From a virus (lineage: Duplodnaviria; Caudoviricetes), in IMG/VR virus record IMGVR_UViG_3300028025_003938, positions 1-52,238 of that record: a stretch of DNA of 52,238 bases; one strand, written 5' to 3'. Below the pieces are notes generated by a model. It had not been told where the DNA came from. It did not search any database and saw nothing but the letters and a program-made list of their open reading frames with translations. The position numbers and the translations under genes are program-made. Positions 15,579 through 23,400 of this stretch are shown here, in pieces; positions within the stretch are counted from its first letter, which is position 1, and every line of letters begins with the position of its first letter.

Positions 15579-16150
15579 TTGCAAGACATTGACCACGGCT
15601 TCCAACCGCATTGACCGTTTTCTTCTCTAGACGAAAACAGTTTGTAAGCAAACCAAAGATTATTGCGAGCATCAAACATATCGTCAGGGTGCTTCAATCC
15701 GAAGTCCGATAACCACGATGAATGTATTTGATTAATCTGGCTCAAGCCTGCATCGGCTCCGTTCCATGCGTCAGTCGTACAACGACTTTCACGAAATAAG
15801 ATCCGGCTGAGTTTTGGCCAGTGTTCTTCTAGCCAACCGACTTCAAGAGCGAGGTCGTGCCATTCGCCGCATTGACCATGCAACATGCGCTGCTCGTCAA
15901 TGTAATCAAGCGGATCAGACTGCAACGGAACTTCTGTTGTCGTCGTGCTCGTTGCTTCTACGAGATCTTCTTGTAAAGCCTCGTGAGCGTTTAATTCCGG
16001 TTGTGTTGTCGTGGATATTATTGTGGTCGTCGGTTGCGTAATAATCACAGTTTGAAAAGACGGGCGAGTTTCAGAAGAAGTATTTGTGCCGGTCCCACAA
16101 GACGAGATTACCAACAACGTCAAGACCGCTGATGCGGTGAGTCGTTTCAT
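15575..16150 (-). CDS. Lipoprotein with C-terminal lysozyme-like/SLT transglycosylase domain
   Basis: Lipobox-like ISSC, Thr-rich linker, RESRC..DAGLSQIN..W.PW; leaderless TAAAGT-N6-ATG. Confidence 0.82.
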   Translation of the reverse strand: MKRLTASAVLTLLVISSCGTGTNTSSETRPSFQTVIITQPTTTIISTTTQPELNAHEALQEDLVEATSTTTTEVPLQSDPLDYIDEQRMLHGQCGEWHDLALEVGWLEEHWPKLSRILFRESRCTTDAWNGADAGLSQINQIHSSWLSDFGLKHPDDMFDARNNLWFAYKLFSSREENGQCGWKPWSMSCN

Positions 16151-16208
16151 TGTTCTACTTTACTTGGTCGGGTGAATAAAGTGTTGTCGCAATCGGATTC
16201 TCCAATTG

Positions 16209-16430
16209 TTATAGGTAGCCGCTTATTTTATTTTCGTACCGGATTAAGAGTCCGGTGTTGATCGCAGATAAAACAGCAGGGATAGCCAAAACATTTTGAG
16301 TGTGAAAATAAATAATGCTTAACCAAAAGATGATTATGTTTGACCATGTAACGACCGATAACCATCGTCCTACGGAAACGGCGTTCTGGATCAGTTTACG
16401 GCGCTTGAATGTTGTTTGCTTGTGTGTCAT
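16209..16430 (-). CDS. Small membrane protein (island B)
   Basis: Two hydrophobic stretches; ATGA coupling. Confidence 0.65.
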   Translation of the reverse strand: MTHKQTTFKRRKLIQNAVSVGRWLSVVTWSNIIIFWLSIIYFHTQNVLAIPAVLSAINTGLLIRYENKISGYL

Positions 16431-16750
16431 AGCGAATCCTGTTCTACGTCGTCTAAATAGGTTTTAAGCGCCTTTGTGGCGTCGTTGAGAGTTGCGTATG
16501 CACGAAAGTCTCCGATAGTAATAATTCGTCCACGATATTCCGCACGAATAGAGAACCGGTGTTCGTCGGAATCTAATCCGGTTTCGCTGGTAATGAAGTA
16601 CCAAAAGTTTCCATTCAGTACAGGGTTTGATTCAAGTCGTGTATTAAAAAACTTCATCGCTGCTGGCGAGAACCAGTGTTCGCCGATATCAAGATTCCGT
16701 TGAACGATAGAGACCATATTTTCGTCGGGCTTGATTATTCGTTTCCTCAT
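16427..16750 (-). CDS. Hypothetical protein (island B)
   Basis: GEHWFSPAAMKFFNTR..YFITSE pattern seen in phage early proteins. Confidence 0.75.
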   Translation of the reverse strand: MRKRIIKPDENMVSIVQRNLDIGEHWFSPAAMKFFNTRLESNPVLNGNFWYFITSETGLDSDEHRFSIRAEYRGRIITIGDFRAYATLNDATKALKTYLDDVEQDSL

Positions 16751-16914
16751 TTTTTTCCTCCGGTCGTTTCTAAATGAATTACTAAATGGTGTAAAGCGGT
16801 AATCGTTTCGTCAATATAACGAAGAGTGGTTTCGTCTTTAGCGTGCGGAGTGTCGTACCAACCTCGTTCTGTACGAAGTACCAACAGCGTTTGTTCTAGG
16901 TCCGAAAGTTTCAT
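16747..16914 (-). CDS. Hypothetical protein (island B)
   Basis: MKLSDLEQ... start follows the upstream stop; coupled. Confidence 0.6.
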   Translation of the reverse strand: MKLSDLEQTLLVLRTERGWYDTPHAKDETTLRYIDETITALHHLVIHLETTGGKK

Positions 16915-16915
16915 T

Positions 16916-17185
16916 TCAAACCTCGCAGTCGTGGCCGTTGTAAAACTCGTCGGCTTCTGTTTCGTCGTTGAGATTGAACGTGCGATCACATTCACGGCAC
17001 TGTTGCAAATACCACGGCGCTACTTTTCGGGTGTAGTCGTCTAGTGCTTCTCGTGTTCCACAGTCGGAACAGATCATCGTCGTGTTATCGATTCTTGAAA
17101 GCGCACCGGGATATTTCCCTCGTTCAAGATTGTTTGGGATACCGCCCAAGCATTTCGGGCAAGTGTGTTCTTTAACGTCATTCAT
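16916..17185 (-). CDS. Zinc-finger protein (island B)
   Basis: CPKC..YPGALSRIDN..ICSDCG..CREC..HDC; AACAGGAGA leader. Confidence 0.8.
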   Translation of the reverse strand: MNDVKEHTCPKCLGGIPNNLERGKYPGALSRIDNTTMICSDCGTREALDDYTRKVAPWYLQQCRECDRTFNLNDETEADEFYNGHDCEV

Positions 17186-17215
17186 GGTTTTCTCCTGTTT
17201 GTTGTTTGATGATTA

Positions 17216-17383
17216 TTAAGAGCGGAACATTATTTCTAGTTCGTGGTGGTCGTCTTGACATTCGGAACAAGTGCCGTCGGGGTTCATAACCGATTCGTCG
17301 TAATGGATATCACAGACTTTGTCGTGAACTTTGTGGGCTCGTTCGGACGATGCTGCTAGTCGTGAAGTGTTTGTTGTTTTCAT
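17216..17383 (-). CDS. 55 aa hypothetical protein with C/H motif (not in the ORF track)
   Basis: MKTTNTSRLAASSERAHKVHDKVCDIHYDESVMNPDGTCSECQDDHHELEIMFRS; fills a gap in the operon. Confidence 0.6.
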   Translation of the reverse strand: MKTTNTSRLAASSERAHKVHDKVCDIHYDESVMNPDGTCSECQDDHHELEIMFRS

Positions 17384-17385
17384 GA

Positions 17386-17622
17386 TCACATCAAGTTTCC
17401 GTCAACGACTGACATACCTCGTGCGAGGCGTGCGTCAATCTCATTTAGTGCTCGTTTGACATTCATCGGCTGTGTCGTTTGAGCGAACGAGTACCCGCAA
17501 CGGCAACCGTAAACAACTGATCGCTCACTTACCAAAAGAAGTTTGACGCCTTTGTAGGTGAAGCCGATGAGTGAACCGTCTCGTCCGAAGCGTTCTGTAA
17601 AGTCTTCGTTCATGTCAGGCAC
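17386..17622 (-). CDS. Hypothetical protein (island B)
   Basis: 78 aa, coupled. Confidence 0.6.
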   Translation of the reverse strand: MPDMNEDFTERFGRDGSLIGFTYKGVKLLLVSERSVVYGCRCGYSFAQTTQPMNVKRALNEIDARLARGMSVVDGNLM

Positions 17623-17839
17623 CGATCTTCATCGTGTACAAGGTTGCTTCTTGAAGAGTCGTAAACGGCTTTGCGCTGCGATCTTGGCTGACGTTGCGCT
17701 TGAGTGTCCCATGTTCGTAAACGTAATAGAACGTCATTCCAAGCGACTTCGCTTTCAGAATCCGGTAGTCGCCGACGACATAGAAACCGGGACGAACTTT
17801 AATAACTCTTGAGGGTGTTGTGTTGTTCATGTTGTTCAC
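17615..17839 (-). CDS. Hypothetical protein (island B)
   Basis: 74 aa, coupled. Confidence 0.65.
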   Translation of the reverse strand: MNNMNNTTPSRVIKVRPGFYVVGDYRILKAKSLGMTFYYVYEHGTLKRNVSQDRSAKPFTTLQEATLYTMKIGA

Positions 17840-18081
17840 ACTTCCTCTCGGCGAGCCATGACGGCGTTCGTGCGTCGGGCTTGAGTATTAAGTGCGACGT
17901 TCAAAAGTGCACGAGCCTGAACGAACTCGGACTCGGTCTTAGCAAGTCGGATCTCGTGGCGAAGGTGGCGAACGATAACTGTCAAGTGGTTTCCGGTTTC
18001 TTCGGAACCGAGGCGACCTTTGCCGATCTCGTAGATCGCTGATCGTAATTCTTCTAATCTTTCTTCGGATTGCTTGCTCAT
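17836..18081 (-). CDS. Hypothetical protein, first gene of island B
   Basis: GAAAGGG RBS after promoter cassette B. Confidence 0.75.
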   Translation of the reverse strand: MSKQSEERLEELRSAIYEIGKGRLGSEETGNHLTVIVRHLRHEIRLAKTESEFVQARALLNVALNTQARRTNAVMARREEV

Positions 18082-18100
18082 GACTTTTCCCTTTCGTTCA

Positions 18101-18196
18101 GTACGCTCTTGCGTACGAAAACGATCGTAGCAGGTCTAAGGGTACTTGTACACGCTTTCTTTAAGTTTTTCCAAAATATGCTTCTGATCTCGTGTT
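18101..18196 (-). promoter_or_regulatory. Promoter cassette copy B (drives island B)
   Basis: AACACGAGATCAG..ATATTTTGGAAAAACTTAAAGAAAG..TGTACA-N17-TACGAT..GTACGC-AAGA-GCGTAC hairpin. Confidence 0.88.
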
Positions 18197-18367
18197 TTGT
18201 ACCGGAATTAAACCGGATTCGCCTAATAAACCCGGTATCGGCGTTAGATCCGGTGTACGCTCGCCGTTCCCGAAGATCGTCTATTTCATCGCCTTAAGGA
18301 TTAGAAACGACCACAGGCGATTCTAGACGCCCCTGATCTGAACCTACGCTAGATAAACCGATGCTTC

Positions 18368-18465
18368 TGTTATCCTGAAGTCAAGTCGTGCGCTCGTCGC
18401 CTTAGGTGTCCTTGTGGCCGTCTTGATTGACTGTCGCTCGGCGTTATCTCAGATGAGGAAACTTT
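18368..18465 (+). promoter_or_regulatory. Tail-operon promoter and structured 5' leader with GTGNCC-like repeats (putative Com-binding RNA)
   Basis: Extended -10 TGtTATCCT (18368-18376); AGTCAAG/CTTGATT stem enclosing GTGCGC, GTCGCC, GTGTCC, GTGGCC. Confidence 0.6.
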
Positions 18466-18675
18466 ATGCGATTCAGAGTCACAGGCGGCGAAGACGGCAG
18501 CGCAGGAATTGACGTTGCTGGTAAACGCTATGAACCGGGTCAAGAAGTAGAACTCACCGCTAAAGATTCTGAGTGGCTCGTTGAACAGGGTTACGTTGAA
18601 GCATTAGACGCAGCAACAAAAAAAACCAAAGCCGTAGTCGTTGAAGAAGTTTTAACTGAATCCGAGGTTGTCTGA
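18466..18675 (+). CDS. Small tail-operon protein
   Basis: GAGG RBS; GKRYEPGQEVEL..WLVEQGYVE pattern typical just before tail-tube genes. Confidence 0.75.
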   Translation: MRFRVTGGEDGSAGIDVAGKRYEPGQEVELTAKDSEWLVEQGYVEALDAATKKTKAVVVEEVLTESEVV

Positions 18676-19430
18676 TGCCTACATTTATTCACGGTAAGTC
18701 AACTGGCGTATTCTTAGACGCTTACGATCTGTCAACCTATTTCAACTCTGCTGATTACGCATCTTCAATTGATACCGCTGAAACAACTTCCTTCGGTTCT
18801 TCTGCTAAGTCTTATATAACCGGATTAAACGATGCGACGCTAAGTCTTTCCGGTATGTACTCGCAAGACGCTGGCGGTTCTGACGTCGTTCTAGAAACTC
18901 TTCTCGGTCAAGCAACAAGCCCAGCCGTTACCGTCGTATTCCAAACCGGAACTATAGGTAATCGTTGCATCGTCGGTCAAGCCCACGAAACTTCATACTC
19001 AATCTCAAACCCCGTAGCCGATGTATCAACCGTTACTGCGGACTTCAACGCCACAGCCGGCGCTGTCGCCGATCAGGTTTACGGTATTCGTGGTGGTGTC
19101 ATTCTCACTACGGGTGGCTCTATCGCTTTCGGTTCTCTCGGTAACCTCGCAAGCGTTGACAACGGTGCATCGTCAGCGGCTGGTGCGCTCGCAACACTTC
19201 ACGTAACAACGAACTCTATTGCTGGTGGTGCTACGACCATTAAGGTTCAGCACTCTACGAACAACAGCACTTGGGCAGACTTGATTACATTTACCGCAGT
19301 CGCGGCAGCAACGACAGTCGGCGTATCAAAAGCAAGCACAGGTACAGTCAATCGTTACGTCCGAGTTACAGCAAGCACAGCAGGTTCTTCAGGTTCAATC
19401 ACTTTCAACGTCGGGTTCGCCCGCAACTAA
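18675..19430 (+). CDS. Tail tube protein paralogue 1 with a C-terminal extra beta domain
   Basis: MPTFIHGKST, DTAETTSFGSSAKSYITGLNDAT, TSYSISNPV. Confidence 0.8.
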   Translation: MPTFIHGKSTGVFLDAYDLSTYFNSADYASSIDTAETTSFGSSAKSYITGLNDATLSLSGMYSQDAGGSDVVLETLLGQATSPAVTVVFQTGTIGNRCIVGQAHETSYSISNPVADVSTVTADFNATAGAVADQVYGIRGGVILTTGGSIAFGSLGNLASVDNGASSAAGALATLHVTTNSIAGGATTIKVQHSTNNSTWADLITFTAVAAATTVGVSKASTGTVNRYVRVTASTAGSSGSITFNVGFARN

Positions 19431-19442
19431 TAGGAGATAGTC

Positions 19443-19853
19443 ATGCCCACATTCGTTCACGGTAAGTCAACTAACTTCACTCTTGACGACACCGCTGGTT
19501 CCGTTCGGGATATCAGCAACACTGTCACGAGCGTCGACTTCCCCGAAACTCTTGATACCGCTGAGACAACTGCTTTCGGTTCTTCGGCTAAGTCATATAT
19601 CGTCGGTCTCACCGATGCGACGATCAGCGTTTCCGGTATTTGGGACGCAACCGTAGACGGCTACATTGCCGGAGGCGCAGAGCCTGCTTCACGCTCGTTC
19701 GTATTCGGACCTGCCGGCTCAACCGCTGGCAATGTCAAGTACACCGGAGAAGCAATCGTTACTTCGTACTCAATCTCAAACCCGGTTGGCGACGTCGTAA
19801 CTTATAGCCTTGACCTTCAGGTTACTGGCTCAATCACCCGTACAACCTACTAA
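19443..19853 (+). CDS. Major tail tube protein (paralogue 2)
   Basis: MPTFVHGKST, DTAETTAFGSSAKSYIVGLTDAT, KYTGEAIVTSYSISNPVGDVVTYS. Confidence 0.85.
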   Translation: MPTFVHGKSTNFTLDDTAGSVRDISNTVTSVDFPETLDTAETTAFGSSAKSYIVGLTDATISVSGIWDATVDGYIAGGAEPASRSFVFGPAGSTAGNVKYTGEAIVTSYSISNPVGDVVTYSLDLQVTGSITRTTY

Positions 19854-19886
19854 ACCTAAAAACAACTACATAGGAGTGTGACCCAA

Positions 19887-20300
19887 GTGTCCATCAAAGC
19901 CAAGATCAGATTAGCCCAAGACCTTGATCGTGAAATTATTGCGATTCCTGAATGGGACGTATCCATTGAAGTACGTTCTATGACTGTGCGTCAGCGAGCA
20001 TCGTTTGTTGCTGCGAGCCAAGACACCTCAGACAACGGCGACAAGATCGAAAACGTTTACGGCCAGATTCTTGTTACCTGCTGTCTTGACCCTGAAGACG
20101 GTTCTCCGGTATTTACCGAAGACGATCTTTCATGGCTCATGACCGAGAAGTCCGGTGCGGTAATTGACCGACTCGTAACAAGTTGTCTTGAAGTTTCAGG
20201 TTTGAAAGAGAAAGCAATTGATGAAGCGGGAAAGTCTTACTCGGCTTCCCCGACCGATTCGGTAGAAGCCAACCTGAACGCAGAGCGTACTTCCATCTAG
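19887..20300 (+). CDS. Tail assembly chaperone (gpG-like)
   Basis: Between tube and tape measure; IPEW.V.IEVRSMT, G.PVFT.DD; GTG at 19887 is 10 nt from AGGAG. Confidence 0.85.
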   Translation: MSIKAKIRLAQDLDREIIAIPEWDVSIEVRSMTVRQRASFVAASQDTSDNGDKIENVYGQILVTCCLDPEDGSPVFTEDDLSWLMTEKSGAVIDRLVTSCLEVSGLKEKAIDEAGKSYSASPTDSVEANLNAERTSI

Positions 20301-20443
20301 CACGTGAACTGGGCATGACAGTCGGCGAACTTATGAACACGATGACGAGTTCAGAGTTCGTTGAATGGTGTGCGTTGTTCAAGATTGAAGCAAGCGAACG
20401 AGAACAACAACAACAGCGAGCAAAGTCAAGATCGAGAAGATAA
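20228..20443 (+). CDS. gpGT-like extension made by -1 frameshift at GGGAAAG
   Basis: G GGA AAG at 20228-20234 (the lambda G-T slippery heptamer); -1 frame reads ..YFHLARELGMTVGELMNTMTSSEFVEWCALF.. Confidence 0.85.
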   Translation, partial: GKVLLGFPDRFGRSQPERRAYFHLARELGMTVGELMNTMTSSEFVEWCALFKIEASEREQQQQRAKSRSRR

Positions 20444-20446
20444 CTC

Positions 20447-23400
20447 ATGGCACAAGCAACAGTCGGCACAGTCAACGTCGTTCTTGGTCTTGACTCAAAG
20501 CCACTTGTAGCCGGTGTTAAAGCGGCGCAGAAAACTGTTGAAACTCTTGGCGAACAGTTTGACAAGATCGGTCAAGACGCATCTGCCGGGGCGGCGAAGG
20601 CTGAGAAAGCCGTTCAGAAAGTTGCTCAAGAAACTAAGTCAAGCCTTAGCAAAGTTGAGGCGGCATATCAGCAGGCATCGTATGGCGTAGACGAGTTTAG
20701 TCTTGCGTATCACGAGATGGCTCGTAAGGTAGCCAACGATACTAAGAAAATTAATAGCGCCACTGATAGTGCTGCTCGTGTAGGTAACAAGTTCACCGAC
20801 ATGGGTAGCAAGATGACTTCTGTCGGTACGAAAATGTCAATGGCATTGACCGCACCAATGTTACTCGCTGGCGGTCAAGCAATTAAAACGGCAAACGACT
20901 TTGAGTTCTCGATGCAATCAATCGTGGCTATGGTCGGTTTGTCTGAAGACAAAGTTGCTGATATGGGTATCGCTGCTCGTGAGATGGCGAAGCAATACGG
21001 CGGTAGTGCGGTTCAGGCTGCTGACGCTTTGTACTTTGTTGCCTCAGCGGGTATTGATGGTGCGACGGCTATGCAAGTTCTTGAACAGTCGTTAAAAGCA
21101 TCGGCGATTGGTATGGGCGATACAGCAATTATTGCTGATACTGTTTCTTCTGCGTTGAACGCTTATGGCATAGAGAATCTTTCTGCGGCGCAGGCAACAG
21201 ACTTAATGGTTGCCGCTGTTCGTGAAGGCAAGATGGAAGCCGATGCGCTCGCTGGTGCGTTGCCACGAGTCTTACCAATTGCGTCTGCTATGGGAGTTTC
21301 GTTTGAAGAAGTCGGTGCGTCGTTTGCTGCTATGAGCCGTAACGGTACTGACGCAAGCGAAGCGGCTACACAGATACGAGGAATACTTTCGTCGTTATTA
21401 AACCCGGCGAAACAAGCAGAAGAACAACTAAACGCTCTTGGTCTTAGCGGTGCTGGCTTACGTAAAGAGATTAGAGAAAAAGGTCTTCTATCGGCGTTAT
21501 CCACTTTGACGACAGCGTTTGGTGACAACGAAGAAGCGCAAGGAATTGTATTCGGAAACGTACGAGCCTTAACAGGTGTTATGAGTTTGTTCGGCGCTGC
21601 TACCGAAAGTACCACAAAGATATTTGCGAACCTAACCGATAACACCGGGGACGCCGACAAAGCGTTTCAAGCAATGTCTTCAACCGGTGCTTTCAAGATG
21701 AAGCAAGTTATGGCAGAAATGAAAGACGCTTTTATTAGCCTCGGTCAAGTGCTCGTGCCAATCGTCGTGCCTGCTCTGAAGATGCTTGCTACAGCATTTG
21801 AAAAAATAATGACAGCAATCAACGCTTTGCCAAACTTTATGAAAACGATTATCGTCGTGCTCGCAGGTCTTGTTGCCGCGGGCGGGCCGTTGTTAATTAT
21901 GCTTGGTTCTTTGGCAAAAGCATGGGCGGCTTTGAAAGCGGCTATGGCTACTCAGGCTTTCACTTCTGCTATCGCTCAATTCGCCGCTGCCGGTCCGATT
22001 ATTGCTGGTGTTGCTATCGCTGTCGTCGCTATTGCCGCAGCGTGGTATGCGTTTAGTCAAGACGCTAAAGAAGCAAAAGAAAGACAAGAGCGATTAACTG
22101 AAGCATTCAAGTCAGCCGGGGAACCAACCGCTGTACTTCACGATCAGGTTAAGGGTCTTGTTGAAGAGTACGTAAAACTACAAAACGCTTTACCAGCAAC
22201 CGCTAATGCTGCTGATACTGTCGCAACCGCTTTCGCTACTGCTGAATCTGTAACTCTCGGGATTAACGATGAGATATCTACTCTCGGTTTAACAATGGAA
22301 CAAATTGGTGCGGCGGTATCAACTGGTACTAATGCGTTCGACGATCTCGGTGATGTATTGCTTGGTCTGTCGTATGATCAACTCGTTCAGACAGGTGACG
22401 CTGCGATAAGTGTTCAAGACGCTTTGCTAACTGCTGCGAACGCCGGTACGCCGTTTGCTAGTGCAATGCTTGAAGCGGTTAAAGCCGGCGAAATGACGGG
22501 CGTTCAAGTTAAAGACCTATTGTTTGACTTGCATGATCTATCTAATGCTTTTGATGACAACAGAGAAGCGATTGATGACGAGAATAAAAAACTTCTACAA
22601 AGTGCTGATACTGCTTTGTATTTCTCTTCAATACTTGGTACGGAAATGTATAACGCAATCCTCGGCTCCGGTGCTGCTATGGCTGATGCTGCCGGACGAA
22701 CCGATATTTATACGTTCACACTTCAAGAGTTACAGAATAAAGCCGTAAGCGTTACAGCCGCACAAAACGCTTTCCTCGGTGGACTCGCCGGAGTATTCCC
22801 TCAAGTAGTAACTACTGCCGGTGTAAAGGTAAAAGAACTAGCCGCTATCTATGGTGAGTTGGCAAAGGAAAGCGATAAAGGTACTGTCAGTCAAGATGCG
22901 TTCTTGCTGAAAATTGGTTTGCTTGACGAAATGCTTGCTAACGAATTGGTCGTCAGCACGCAAGATGCGATCGATAAAAATATTAAACTTGCTGAAACTC
23001 TTGGCGACTCAGAGGGTACGACACTTGATCTTAGTTCCGCTTATCGCAATCAAGCCAAAGAGATTACGACATTGTTACTTAAGACGGCTCAGTACGGCGG
23101 TTCTAATAAAGACGCAATGCAATCAGTCGCTCTTATGGTTCTTCGCTTAGGAGACGCCGCTCGTGCTGCCGGTTACACCGATGAAGAAGTACGTGGGTTA
23201 ATTGACTCAATGGGAATACTTGACGGCATTGAAGCAGAGTTTGGTGTGAACTTTGCAATCAATACCGCTGATCTTGATAAACAGATCGCAAATATAGAAT
23301 CGGCTATCGGAAATATGTTGTGGGCTGCTGGTGCCGCTACTGGCGACACGACAATGAAACTTAGTAAAACTCTTGCCGACTTAAAAGGTATTCGATCTGC

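Noticed and set aside
15427-15630. 67 aa ORF from the track
   Set aside because: The overlapping 15411-15578 frame has a clear Com zinc-finger signature and stop/start coupling
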